Below are positions 18,508-27,689 of a DNA stretch of 32,882 nucleotides, one piece after another. A program made the translations under genes and the position numbers. Source of the stretch: an uncultured Clostridia bacterium. GTDB taxonomy: Bacteria; Bacillota; Clostridia; Oscillospirales; CAG-272. Under the pieces are notes generated by a model. It saw only the letters and a list, made by a program, of their open reading frames with translations. It did no database searches and was not told the origin of the DNA. The first letter of the stretch is position 1. Every line of letters begins with the position of its first letter. The stretch lies in assembly GCA_946618395.1 (NCBI GenBank), contig CAMOLD010000003.1, forward strand, positions 1 through 32,882, written 5' to 3'.

Positions 18508-19122
18508 ATGCTGGAACAAACGATTGAAAACGAGCTCCGCGCAAAAGGCTTTTCGGCAATTTGCGGCGTAGACGAGGCAGGCAGAGGTCCGCTTTGCGGC
18601 CCTGTGGTTGCCGCCGCCGTCATTCTGCCGCCCAACGCCGTCATTGACGGGTTGAACGATTCCAAAAAACTCTCGCCGAAAAAGCGCGACCTCCTTTTTG
18701 ACGAAATTCAAAAACAAGCGCTTGCCTTTTGCATTGCGGAAGCGAGCGTGGAAGAAATTGACCGCTTGAATATTCTGGAAGCCGATCTGCTTGCCATGCG
18801 CCGCGCCATTGCCGGCTTGCAAATTCCGGCGGATTATGCTTTGATTGACGGAAATATCGCCCGCGATTTCCCCATCCCGGCGCGCGCCGTCATCCATGGG
18901 GACGCCCTTTCCCCCAGCATTGCGGCGGCTTCCATTCTTGCAAAAGTTCACCGTGACCGCCTTTGCGAGGAGTTGGACCGCGCCTATCCGCAATACGGAA
19001 TTGCCAAACACAAAGGCTACGGCACAAAAGCGCACATGGACGCGCTCCGCCAATACGGCGCCTCGCCCATCCACCGCAAATTGTTCGTTCGTTTTTTGAA
19101 CGAGGAAACCCATGGGACGTGA
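18508..19122 (+). CDS. rnhB: Ribonuclease HII
   Basis: [32 protein letters not shown] and HKGYGT motifs. Start at ATG 18508 with RBS GGAGG. Confidence 0.96.
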   Translation: MLEQTIENELRAKGFSAICGVDEAGRGPLCGPVVAAAVILPPNAVIDGLNDSKKLSPKKRDLLFDEIQKQALAFCIAEASVEEIDRLNILEADLLAMRRAIAGLQIPADYALIDGNIARDFPIPARAVIHGDALSPSIAAASILAKVHRDRLCEELDRAYPQYGIAKHKGYGTKAHMDALRQYGASPIHRKLFVRFLNEETHGT

Positions 19123-19507
19123 TTTTTCCAAACCGACCGCAAAAGAAACCGGAGATTTTGGCGAGCAAAAAGCCGCCAATTACCTGCGGCGCCGCGGATA
19201 TTGGATCAAAGAGCGGAATTTCCGCGCCGGAAAATACGAAATCGACCTGATTGCCGAATCGCTGTTTTCCCTTTTGTTTGTGGAAGTAAAAACAAGGAAC
19301 TACAAATCGAAAGACCTTTCTGATCCCGTTGCGCCAAGTCGCGCCGTGGATGAAGAAAAAATCCGGTTTGTCAAACGGGCGGCCGCGCAGTATTTGCGCA
19401 GGCACCCCACTTGGAAAAAATGGAGAATGGATATTATTGAAATCTGGATGACCGAAAACAAGGTCTTCCGCATCCGTCGGATCAAGGACGTGAAAGAAAC
19501 ATATTGA
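19112..19507 (+). CDS. YraN (UPF0102) family endonuclease-like protein
   Basis: GEQKAA.YL, ERNFR, EIDLI and FVEVKTR motifs; overlaps the rnhB end, the usual synteny. Confidence 0.88.
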   Translation: MGRDFSKPTAKETGDFGEQKAANYLRRRGYWIKERNFRAGKYEIDLIAESLFSLLFVEVKTRNYKSKDLSDPVAPSRAVDEEKIRFVKRAAAQYLRRHPTWKKWRMDIIEIWMTENKVFRIRRIKDVKETY

Positions 19508-19524
19508 CCTTTCGGAGGCACGGC

Positions 19525-20451
19525 ATGACGCTTTCGCTTTTTGATTTGCATTGCGATACCGCATTGGAAATGTTTGAAAAAAAACAGCCCTTTGCAAAGA
19601 ACAATTTGCATGTTTCCCTGGAAAATACCGCAAAATTCGAGCAATATGTTCAAATTATGGCGTTTTTTACATCTCCGGAGCTGGATGATGAAACCGGCTG
19701 GAATCGCTTTTTACAGCTGCGTCAAAATCTGATCTCCGACCCTTGCGTGCAATCCGGCTCCGCAACTTTGGCAACAACTTGTCCGCCGCGAAAAGCCGGC
19801 GTCTCCCTGTTCTTTGGCATCGAGGACGCGCGCATTTTTGCAGGAAAAGCCGAGCGCGTGGAAGAAGCCCGGCAACTCGGTGTTCGCATCCTGACGCCGC
19901 TTTGGGCGGGAGCAACCTGCATCGGCGGCTCGCACGATACCAACGCCGGATTGACCGACTTTGGCAAGCAAGCGCTGCAAAAAGCGCTGGCTTTGGGAAT
20001 GATTCTTGATATTTCCCATGCGTCGGTTCCATCAGCCGATGAAATTTTTGAGCTCTCCGCGGCGCAAAACCGTCCGGTGATCGCCTCGCATTCCAACGCC
20101 GCCGATATTTGCCCTGTCTCGCGCAACCTTTCGCGCCGGCAAATTCAAAAAATTCTCTCTTCCGGCGGTGTCATAGGCTTGAACCTTTACACAAACTTCT
20201 TAAAAAAAGACGGCAAGGCACACATTTCCGATCTGTTACCGCACATTGAATATTTCCTGGAGCAAGGCGCCGAACGCGCGCTCTGCCTGGGCGGAGACTG
20301 GGACGGCGCAACGCTTCCGCCGGAAATACAAACCGTCGGCGATCTTGATTCGCTTGCCGACCTGCTTCTCTCCCGCAATTATTCCGAAACCTTCATCCGC
20401 AATCTTTTTTTTGAAAACGCATATTCGTTTGCAAAAAAACATCTTGTATAA
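19525..20451 (+). CDS. Membrane dipeptidase family (peptidase M19) protein
   Basis: DLHCDT, GIED, GLTDFG, LDISH, IASHSNA, RNL, GGVIGLN and GGDWDG motifs. Start at ATG 19525 (RBS GGAGG). Confidence 0.88.
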   Translation: MTLSLFDLHCDTALEMFEKKQPFAKNNLHVSLENTAKFEQYVQIMAFFTSPELDDETGWNRFLQLRQNLISDPCVQSGSATLATTCPPRKAGVSLFFGIEDARIFAGKAERVEEARQLGVRILTPLWAGATCIGGSHDTNAGLTDFGKQALQKALALGMILDISHASVPSADEIFELSAAQNRPVIASHSNAADICPVSRNLSRRQIQKILSSGGVIGLNLYTNFLKKDGKAHISDLLPHIEYFLEQGAERALCLGGDWDGATLPPEIQTVGDLDSLADLLLSRNYSETFIRNLFFENAYSFAKKHLV

Positions 20452-20473
20452 ATTTCCCCAAGGAGGATTTTCC

Positions 20474-21952
20474 ATGAACTTCATCAGCACCCGCGGACAC
20501 GCACAAAAAGTAACCGCCGCGCAGGCAATTGCACGCGGTCTGGCACCGGACGGCGGCTTGTTCGTCCCCGAAACCATTCCGCAACTTTCCAAAGAGGATA
20601 TTGCCGCGCTTTGCAAAATGTCCTATCCCGAAAGAGCCGCAAAAATCCTCTCGCTCTATCTTTCGGACTATACCGAAGAAGAACTGCTTGCCGACTGCCG
20701 CGCGGCGTATGCCGAAACCTCGTTCATCGGGGGCGCCGCGCCGCTGGTGTCTTTGGATGACACTTTGAACGTGCTCGAACTCTGGCACGGGCCTACCGCC
20801 GCCTTTAAGGATATGGCGCTCCAAATCATGCCCCGCCTGCTTTCCCGCGCGTTGAAGAAGATTGGCGAACAACGCACGGCGCTGATTCTGGTTGCCACCT
20901 CGGGCGACACCGGCAAAGCCGCGCTGGAAGGTTACAAAGACCTTCCGCAAATCAAAATCATCGCTTTCTACCCGGTGGACGGCGTCAGCAAGGTGCAAAA
21001 ACTGCAAATGGCAACCCAGCTGGGCGAAAATGTTTCGGTCTGCGCCATTCGCGGCAACTTTGACGACGCGCAAACCGGCGTGAAAAAGATTTTCGGCAAT
21101 GCGGAAATTGCCAAACAGCTGAACGAAAAGGGCTATTTCCTCTCCAGCGCCAACTCCATCAACTGGGGTCGTCTGGCTCCGCAGATCGTTTACTATGTTT
21201 CGGCATACTGCGATCTCATCAATGCCGGAAAGCGCAAACCCGGCGAGCCTTTCAACGTCTGCGTTCCCACCGGCAACTTCGGCAACATTTTTGCCGCCTA
21301 CCTTGCCAAGCGCATGGGACTGCCGATCGGTAAGCTGATTTGCGCCTCCAACTCCAACAATATCCTCACCGATTTTTTAACCACCGGCGTTTACGACCGC
21401 AACCGTTCCTTCTATCTGACCATGTCGCCCTCCATGGATATTCTCATATCCAGCAATCTGGAGCGTCTTCTTTGGGCAACCACCGGAACCGAAAAGACTG
21501 CCGGCTATATGAAGCAACTGAACGAAACCGGCAAATACGCCGTGGATGCCGGAACGCTTGCCGCTATTCAAAAAGATTTCGTCGGATATTTCGCAAACGA
21601 AGAAGCAACGGCAAATACCATTCTCAAATTCTGGAAGGAAGACCGCTACCTTGCCGATCCGCACACGGCGGTGGCGCTCTCTGCCGCGCAAGCCTATATC
21701 CGGGAAAGCGGCGACAGAATCCCGATGGTCGTGGATTCCACCGCAAGCCCCTACAAGTTTGCAAACAACGTCTTCCGTTCGATTGCAAAGAAGGAACCCA
21801 GCGGAGATTTGGAAGCGCTGGACGAGCTGACCGAGCTGACCGGCGTCAAAATCCCCTATCCGCTTGCCGACCTCAAAAAACGCGCCGTCCGCTTCAAAGA
21901 AGTTTGCGAGCCGAACGAAATGCCCGACCGCGTTTTGCAATTTGTGAAATAA
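20474..21952 (+). CDS. thrC: Threonine synthase
   Basis: FISTRG, GLAPDGGLFVP, ELWHGPTAAFKD (PLP Lys), ATSGDTG, SANSINWGR, VPTGNFGN, SPSMDILISSNLER and STASPYKF motifs. Start at ATG 20474 with RBS AGGAGG. Confidence 0.96.
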   Translation: MNFISTRGHAQKVTAAQAIARGLAPDGGLFVPETIPQLSKEDIAALCKMSYPERAAKILSLYLSDYTEEELLADCRAAYAETSFIGGAAPLVSLDDTLNVLELWHGPTAAFKDMALQIMPRLLSRALKKIGEQRTALILVATSGDTGKAALEGYKDLPQIKIIAFYPVDGVSKVQKLQMATQLGENVSVCAIRGNFDDAQTGVKKIFGNAEIAKQLNEKGYFLSSANSINWGRLAPQIVYYVSAYCDLINAGKRKPGEPFNVCVPTGNFGNIFAAYLAKRMGLPIGKLICASNSNNILTDFLTTGVYDRNRSFYLTMSPSMDILISSNLERLLWATTGTEKTAGYMKQLNETGKYAVDAGTLAAIQKDFVGYFANEEATANTILKFWKEDRYLADPHTAVALSAAQAYIRESGDRIPMVVDSTASPYKFANNVFRSIAKKEPSGDLEALDELTELTGVKIPYPLADLKKRAVRFKEVCEPNEMPDRVLQFVK

Positions 21953-21970
21953 GTTTTTGAAAATAATGCG

Positions 21971-22005
21971 GAAAATACCGCAAAAATGTAGAAAATACCG
22001 CAAAA
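21971..22005. repeat. Direct repeat GAAAATACCGCAAAA x2 (20-nt period) after thrC
   Basis: Copies at 21971-21985 and 21991-22005; the same 15-mer recurs elsewhere in the window. Confidence 0.8.
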
Positions 22006-22088
22006 TTCAACAACAAAGCAGGGCGTTCTGCCTTTTCCCCATTTTTTGAAAAACAGGTAAAAGCAAAACGCCCCACAGTTTGGATTGC

Positions 22089-22283
22089 TTATCCTTGCGC
22101 TCCCTCTTTTGGCTTGAATGTGGAGCAAACCGTTTCATCCGAGCAATGCGCGCAATCCGGTCCTACCGAAATTTCGTGCGCGGTGCAGTTTGTTTCCTGA
22201 TCGTGATAATAGCAGTTTTCCACGTTGCAACGAATTCCCTCAATTTTGCAGTGGTTCTTTTTGCGGTCAAAATCCTGTTCCAT
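22089..22283 (-). CDS. DUF1540-like small Cys/His-rich protein (64 aa)
   Basis: MEQDFDRKKNHCKIEGIRCNVENCYYHDQETNCTAHEISVG...ETVCSTF matches the C-x-V-x-x-C-x-Y-H...C-x-A-x-x-I-x-V...T-x-C-x-T-F pattern. ATG at 22283 follows a purine-rich RBS. Confidence 0.82.
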   Translation of the reverse strand: MEQDFDRKKNHCKIEGIRCNVENCYYHDQETNCTAHEISVGPDCAHCSDETVCSTFKPKEGAQG

Positions 22284-22338
22284 TTTCTTTCCCTCTCTTT
22301 TTCTTTGAAATCCGAAGGGGCAATCCCCTTCAAACTCC

Positions 22339-22367
22339 AGCATTCCCTGAAAATTCCTTTTCTATTC
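22339..22367 (-). promoter_or_regulatory. sigmaF/sigmaG-type promoter of the DUF1540 gene
   Basis: Minus strand GAATA-15 nt-GGGAATGCT, similar to the sigG and gpr promoters in this window. Confidence 0.5.
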
Positions 22368-22388
22368 ACCTGAAAGGAGGAAACTTCC

Positions 22389-23117
22389 ATGTCGCTGTTT
22401 GTAATTGCCGATCTGCATCTCTCGTCCGACCAATCCAAATCCATGGAAGTTTTCGGGGCAAGATGGGCAGATTACATGAACAAGCTGGAAAAAAACTGGA
22501 ACGCCGTGGTTTCCCAAAAAGACACCGTGGTTCTTCCCGGCGATATTTCATGGAGTTTGCACCTGAAAGATTCGGAGGCAGACTTTCGCTTTTTGGATTC
22601 GCTCAACGGGCAAAAGCTGGTTGGCAAAGGAAACCATGATTTTTGGTTTTCCACCAATGCAAAGGTAACCGCTTTTTGGCGCGAACACGGATTTGAAAGT
22701 TTGCATATTCTTTACAATAACGCGTATCTGACCGATTCCTGCATTGTTTGCGGCTCCCGCGGCTGGTTTACCGAGGAAGAACAGCAAAACACCAAAGATG
22801 AGGTTGACTACGCAAAAATCATCAACCGCGAGGTCATTCGTCTGCGCATCAGCCTGAAAGAAGCCGTCAAACTGCAAGAACAGGACGGCAGAAACCTGCC
22901 TTTGGTTGCCTTCCTGCATTTTCCCCCCGTTTTCGGCACCTTCGTTTGCCGCGAAATTCTGGATGTTTTGCATGAATTCAATGTCAAAACCTGCTATTTC
23001 GGGCATATCCACGGGGCATATTCCGCGCCGCCGAAAACCACCTTTGAAGGCATTGACTTTTTCTTTTGCGCCGCCGATTATCTGCGGTTTACACCGATTC
23101 CGGTTTCGATTTTCTGA
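22389..23117 (+). CDS. Calcineurin-like metallophosphoesterase
   Basis: IADLHLS, PGDISW, KGNHD, LHFPP and FGHIH motifs; RBS AAGGAGG. Confidence 0.9.
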   Translation: MSLFVIADLHLSSDQSKSMEVFGARWADYMNKLEKNWNAVVSQKDTVVLPGDISWSLHLKDSEADFRFLDSLNGQKLVGKGNHDFWFSTNAKVTAFWREHGFESLHILYNNAYLTDSCIVCGSRGWFTEEEQQNTKDEVDYAKIINREVIRLRISLKEAVKLQEQDGRNLPLVAFLHFPPVFGTFVCREILDVLHEFNVKTCYFGHIHGAYSAPPKTTFEGIDFFFCAADYLRFTPIPVSIF

Positions 23118-23133
23118 ATTTTAAAAAAAAGCA

Positions 23134-23162
23134 TTGACAAAAGATAGAAAAACAAGTAAAAT
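23134..23162 (+). promoter_or_regulatory. sigmaA promoter of tig-clpP-clpX
   Basis: TTGACA-17 nt-TAAAAT with an upstream A-tract. Confidence 0.8.
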
Positions 23163-23202
23163 ATAGTCTGTATGAATAATTTTCTTTGGAGGAAGTAAAA
23201 AA

Positions 23203-24495
23203 ATGAGTCTCTTGAAGTCCGAAAAATCCAAAAAGGAGAAGAACGTATATACGCTGCAATTCTCCGTTGATCAGGAAACTTTTGCAAAAGCAGTTTCCAA
23301 CGCATACCACAAAAAGGTTGCAAAGATCAATGTTCCCGGTTTCCGCCGCGGAAAAGCACCGCGCACGGTGATTGAAAAAATGTATGGGAAGGGATTTTTC
23401 TACGAGGATGCGTTCAACGATGTTCTCCCCGCCGCGTGGGAGGAAGCATCCCAGGCAAGCAAGCTGGAAATTGTCGGTCAGCCCGAATTTGACGTTGTTT
23501 CGGTAAACGAAGGCGACGCCGGCGTTGTGTTCTCGGCAAAAGTGTTTGTCAAGCCCGATGTCAAACTGGAAGGCTACACCGGCATTGAAGCCGAAAAGAA
23601 GGTCGAACCGGTCACCGATGAGGAAATTGACCGCGAGATTGACACCATCCGCGAGCGCAATGCGCGCGAAACCGAGGTCACCGACGGCGTCAGCGTGATG
23701 GGCGATATTTGCCACATTGACTACGAAGGCTCGGTGGACGGCGTTCCCTTTGACGGTGGAAAAGGCAGCGACTATCCCCTCAAACTCGGCTCCGGCAACT
23801 TCATCCCCGGTTTTGAGGAACAGGTCGCCGGCCACAAGGTAGAAGAAGAGTTTGACGTTAATGTCACCTTCCCCGAAGATTACCACGCAAAAGAGCTTGC
23901 TGGAAAAGCCGCCGTCTTCAAAACGGTCATCCATAAGATCCGCCATATCGAACTTCCCGCGGCGGACGACGATTTTGCAAAAGACGTTTCCGAATTTGAT
24001 ACGTTTGCTGAATATCGCGCCGATATGAAGGCAAAAATTGAAAAGCGGCACGAAGAAGAAGCCGACAAAAAGTTTGAAGAGCAGCTTTTGGACGCTTTGA
24101 TTGAAAAAATGAAAGCCGACATTCCCGAGGTGATGTTCACCACCGAGACCGACAACTTTGTGCGCGATTACGAAAACCGGCTGCGCATGCAGGGGCTGGA
24201 TCTGGAAACCTATTTCAAATATACCGGCATGACCATTGATTCCTTGCGCGAGCAACTCCGCCCGCAGGCTGAAAAGCAGGTCAAACTCCGCCTTGCCCTG
24301 GAGAAAATCGCCAAACTGGAAAAAATCAAGGTTGGAAAGAAAGAAATTGACGCCGAGATCAAACGGATTGCCGACTCCTATCAGATGGACGCCGACAAGG
24401 TGCGCGAGATCATTCCCGAAGAATCTGTTGCCGAGGATCTGAAGGTCAAAAAGGCAATGGACCTTGTCAAGGAGCAGGCTGTCATCAAAGCGTAA
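23203..24495 (+). CDS. tig: Trigger factor
   Basis: Ribosome-binding motif PGFRRGKAP, FKBP domain (IDYEG, FDGG, FIPGFEEQ, TFPEDYH) and C-terminal domain. Confidence 0.97.
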   Translation: MSLLKSEKSKKEKNVYTLQFSVDQETFAKAVSNAYHKKVAKINVPGFRRGKAPRTVIEKMYGKGFFYEDAFNDVLPAAWEEASQASKLEIVGQPEFDVVSVNEGDAGVVFSAKVFVKPDVKLEGYTGIEAEKKVEPVTDEEIDREIDTIRERNARETEVTDGVSVMGDICHIDYEGSVDGVPFDGGKGSDYPLKLGSGNFIPGFEEQVAGHKVEEEFDVNVTFPEDYHAKELAGKAAVFKTVIHKIRHIELPAADDDFAKDVSEFDTFAEYRADMKAKIEKRHEEEADKKFEEQLLDALIEKMKADIPEVMFTTETDNFVRDYENRLRMQGLDLETYFKYTGMTIDSLREQLRPQAEKQVKLRLALEKIAKLEKIKVGKKEIDAEIKRIADSYQMDADKVREIIPEESVAEDLKVKKAMDLVKEQAVIKA

Positions 24496-24522
24496 TTCCC
24501 CGCTTGCAATCAACGGCAAACC

Positions 24523-24561
24523 AGGAGCCGGAAACGAATTTTCTGTTTTCGGCTCCTTTTT
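24523..24561 (+). terminator. Hairpin/terminator between tig and clpP
   Basis: AGGAGCCGGAAAC...GTTTTCGGCTCCT-TTTT. Confidence 0.6.
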
Positions 24562-24589
24562 CAAACCAAAATGAAAGGAGATTGACACC

Positions 24590-25201
24590 ATGATCAATCC
24601 TGAAAGCAAAGATCTGCGCAACGCGCTTGTCCCCATGGTCATTGAGCAAACCAACCGTGGGGAACGTTCTTATGATATCTTCTCCCGCCTTCTCAACGAC
24701 CGCATCGTTTTCCTTTCGGATGAGGTCAACGATACCACCGCTTCCCTTGTGGTTGCGCAAATGCTGTTTTTAGAGGCGCAGGACCCCGATAAGGACATTT
24801 CGTTCTATATCAATTCCCCCGGCGGTTCGGTTTCCGCAGGCATGGCAATTTACGATACCATGCAATTTATCAAATGCGATGTTTCCACCATTTGCATCGG
24901 TATGGCGGCAAGCATGGGCGCTTTCCTGCTCTCCTCCGGAACAAAGGGCAAACGCATTGCACTGCCGCATAGTGAAATTATGATCCACCAGCCTTTGGGC
25001 GGCGCAAGAGGTCAGGCAACCGATATTCAAATTCAAGCCGAGCAAATCCTGCGCATCAAACGCACCTTGAACGAGATTCTTGCCGCCAACACCGGCAAGC
25101 CGCTGGAAATCATTGAAAAGGATACCGACCGCGATAACTATATGACGGCGCAACAAGCGCTTGAATACGGTTTGATCGACCAAATTTTAACCCATCGGTA
25201 A
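24590..25201 (+). CDS. clpP: ATP-dependent Clp protease proteolytic subunit
   Basis: [30 protein letters not shown] (Ser), MIHQP (His) and DRDNYM motifs. Confidence 0.97.
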   Translation: MINPESKDLRNALVPMVIEQTNRGERSYDIFSRLLNDRIVFLSDEVNDTTASLVVAQMLFLEAQDPDKDISFYINSPGGSVSAGMAIYDTMQFIKCDVSTICIGMAASMGAFLLSSGTKGKRIALPHSEIMIHQPLGGARGQATDIQIQAEQILRIKRTLNEILAANTGKPLEIIEKDTDRDNYMTAQQALEYGLIDQILTHR

Positions 25202-25237
25202 TTCCAAATCCGAAAAAAAGGAGAGTCCGATTCCATT

Positions 25238-26578
25238 ATGGCAAACTCAAATAACAACGGAAGAGGATTGCGCCATTGTTCCTTTTGCGGAAGAAACGAG
25301 CATCAGGTCAATTTTCTGATCCCCTCGCCCACAGGCGCCTATCTTTGCGACTATTGCATTGAGGGCTGTAACCGCATCATTTACGAGAACGAAGAGGAAC
25401 ACCGCCGCGAAGAGCGCTTTACCATGGATGATCTTCCCCGTCCGGCGCAAATCAAAGCCTCTTTGGATCAATATGTCATTGGTCAGGATGAGGCAAAAAT
25501 TGCTCTTTCCGTTGCGGTTTACAACCACTATAAGCGCATTCTTTCCAAGGACGGAACAACCTCGCACCGCAAAAAGAGCGCAAAAGCAGAACAAACCGAC
25601 GACGTGGAATTGCAAAAGAGCAACGTTCTTTTAATCGGTCCCACCGGTGTTGGAAAAACCTATTTGGCGCAAACGCTTGCGCGCACAATGAAGGTTCCCT
25701 TTGCTATTGCCGACGCAACAACGCTGACCGAGGCAGGCTATGTTGGCGAAGATGTGGAAAACATCCTTCTGCGCCTGATTCAAGCTGCCGATTACGACGT
25801 AGAACGCGCCGAACGCGGCATTATCTATATCGACGAGATTGATAAAATTGCGCGCAAAAGCGAAAACCGTTCCATCACTCGCGACGTTTCGGGCGAGGGC
25901 GTTCAGCAGGCGCTTTTGAAGATTTTGGAAGGAACGGTTGCAAACGTTCCCCCGCAGGGCGGCAGAAAGCACCCCAACCAGGAGTTCATCCAGGTCAACA
26001 CGCAGAACATCCTTTTCATCTGCGGCGGCGCGTTTGACGGCCTTGACAAAATTATTGAAAAGCGCAAAGGAAACTCCACCATCGGTTTTGGCGGAGAGAT
26101 TATGACCAAAACCGAAAAGAAGGATATGGGCGTTTTCAAGGACGTTATTCCGCATGACATTGTAAAATTCGGTCTGATTCCCGAAATGGTGGGGCGCATT
26201 CCGGTCATTGTTCCCCTTTCCGATTTGGATCGAGAGGCGCTCGTCAGCATTCTGACCAAACCGAAGAACTCGCTGACCAAGCAATATCAAAAGCTCTTCA
26301 AAATGGACGGTGTGGAGCTCGTCTTTTCCGATGAAGCCTTGCAAGCGGTCGCTGACCTTGCCATTGAGCGCGGAACCGGCGCACGTGGTCTGCGCGCCAT
26401 TTTGGAAAAGGCGATGACAAAATTGATGTATGAGATTCCTTCGCGCCATGATCTTGCAAAATTGGAGATCACGCCGGAGTGCATTCGCGGAACGGGAGAC
26501 TGCAAATATACCCTTTTGCGCGACCTTCCGCAAAGCGAACTTTCGGAGCCGGAATCCGACAAAAAGCAGGGTGCTTGA
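25238..26578 (+). CDS. clpX: ATP-dependent Clp protease ATP-binding subunit ClpX
   Basis: C4 zinc-binding domain (CSFC...CDYC), [28 protein letters not shown] loop and TGARGLR. Confidence 0.97.
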   Translation: MANSNNNGRGLRHCSFCGRNEHQVNFLIPSPTGAYLCDYCIEGCNRIIYENEEEHRREERFTMDDLPRPAQIKASLDQYVIGQDEAKIALSVAVYNHYKRILSKDGTTSHRKKSAKAEQTDDVELQKSNVLLIGPTGVGKTYLAQTLARTMKVPFAIADATTLTEAGYVGEDVENILLRLIQAADYDVERAERGIIYIDEIDKIARKSENRSITRDVSGEGVQQALLKILEGTVANVPPQGGRKHPNQEFIQVNTQNILFICGGAFDGLDKIIEKRKGNSTIGFGGEIMTKTEKKDMGVFKDVIPHDIVKFGLIPEMVGRIPVIVPLSDLDREALVSILTKPKNSLTKQYQKLFKMDGVELVFSDEALQAVADLAIERGTGARGLRAILEKAMTKLMYEIPSRHDLAKLEITPECIRGTGDCKYTLLRDLPQSELSEPESDKKQGA

Positions 26579-26618
26579 GCAAAATAATCCCAAAAATACC
26601 GTAAAAATCAAAAAATAT

Positions 26619-26672
26619 AGGTCAATCCAAAGGAACATTCCAAAGGAATATTCCGGCGGATTGACCTTTTTT
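26619..26672. terminator. Long hairpin terminator between convergent clpX and the Cys-rich gene
   Basis: Outer stem AGGTCAATCC/GGATTGACCT, inner GGAA...TTCC pairings, a T-tract on the plus strand and an A-tract upstream. Confidence 0.6.
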
Positions 26673-26687
26673 GAACCGACTGATAAA

Positions 26688-27530
26688 TCAGCCGCCGCAA
26701 CCGCAATGCCGATCGGGACGGGGCGGTTCCGGTTGGTATCCCTGCGAGGAAAATTCGCTCATCGGGAACGGCATACTCTGGAAAATCCGGCAAGGATTAT
26801 CCTCTTCCGCCGCAACGCATTCTTTTTCGGGAATGGCGTATTCTGCCGCCTGAACCAGATATTGCGCCGGGCGAACAATGCGAACCACCGAGAAAATGCC
26901 AAGCGTGACCGTTAAGAAACGATCCCTGCGGTTCTCGTCGTCAAAAACGACGGGCGCCTGCAACTGACCCAGCAAATGGTCCGGGATTTCGCCTTCGCGA
27001 CAGCAGGGGCAGCAGGGGTGATCCGGCTTTTCCATCACGCGGGAGCCGAGAAGAACGGGATCTACTACTTCCACAACCGCGGTGGGCATATTCCGGCTTC
27101 CCTCTCCGGGTTCCCCGATTGAGCAGAAGCTATCGCTTTGAGAACTGCGGAAAATCATTGTTCCGTTTTCACCGCCGTAAAGAATCACGCGCTTTTCCAA
27201 AACGGCAAGCCCTTCAAATTCCTGCGGTTGGGCGCCGCCGCGCCCGGGATGCCCAACGCACGCCTCGCAATCCACGCGGATATAGAAGCGAATGTTAACG
27301 GCGTAAAAGCCGCGGTTGAAGGCAATCGGATCAATGGTCAGGTTGGTCCAAAGAATTTCCGCGTTCTTTGCGCGAACCGCTCCGGCATGCTCCAGAATCT
27401 CGTTTCCGAAATCGGAAAGATAAACGCGAACATTCTCAAAGCAATCCCGATCGCGGCAGGAATCCAGGACGCGGTTGGTTTCAATGCAAACCGTTTCCCG
27501 GGGCAAATTCGGGAATCTGTTTTCCCCCAT
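26688..27530 (-). CDS. Cys-rich clostridial hypothetical protein, probable spore coat/exosporium component
   Basis: 280 aa with RBS AAGGAG, RETVCIETNRVLDSCRDRDC N-terminus and 14 Cys including PCCPCC and terminal CGCGG; sigmaE/K-like promoter upstream. Function is inferred. Confidence 0.65.
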   Translation of the reverse strand: MGENRFPNLPRETVCIETNRVLDSCRDRDCFENVRVYLSDFGNEILEHAGAVRAKNAEILWTNLTIDPIAFNRGFYAVNIRFYIRVDCEACVGHPGRGGAQPQEFEGLAVLEKRVILYGGENGTMIFRSSQSDSFCSIGEPGEGSRNMPTAVVEVVDPVLLGSRVMEKPDHPCCPCCREGEIPDHLLGQLQAPVVFDDENRRDRFLTVTLGIFSVVRIVRPAQYLVQAAEYAIPEKECVAAEEDNPCRIFQSMPFPMSEFSSQGYQPEPPRPDRHCGCGG

Positions 27531-27589
27531 AACCGTAAATCTCCTTTTTGATGATAAGAATTCGGAAGGAGAATACTCTCCTCGCTAAC

Positions 27590-27616
27590 ATTCTATGCCG
27601 GGCGCCTTTTTTTGAC
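27590..27616 (-). promoter_or_regulatory. sigmaE/sigmaK-type (mother-cell) promoter
   Basis: Minus strand GTCAAA...CATAGAAT; the -10 matches CATAnAnT. It lies downstream of the regulator's terminator. Confidence 0.5.
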
Positions 27617-27640
27617 ACGTTTTTCCTTTCTTTTATGTAT

Positions 27641-27675
27641 AAAAAAAGAAGCATTCCGAAAAGCCGGAATGCCTC
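27641..27675 (-). terminator. Intrinsic terminator after the HTH-S24 gene
   Basis: Minus strand GAGGCATTCCG-gctttt-CGGAATGCTTC-TTTTTTT. Confidence 0.8.
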
Positions 27676-27689
27676 TGTATTTTTGGGTA

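Noticed and set aside
21960-22010. Possible mini-CRISPR array
   Set aside because: Only two 15-nt repeats 5 nt apart, with no spacers and no cas genes.
26619-26672. Small RNA or MITE in the clpX 3' region (internal repeat TCCAAAGGAA x2)
   Set aside because: Adequately explained as a terminator between convergent genes; no target-site duplication or promoter seen.
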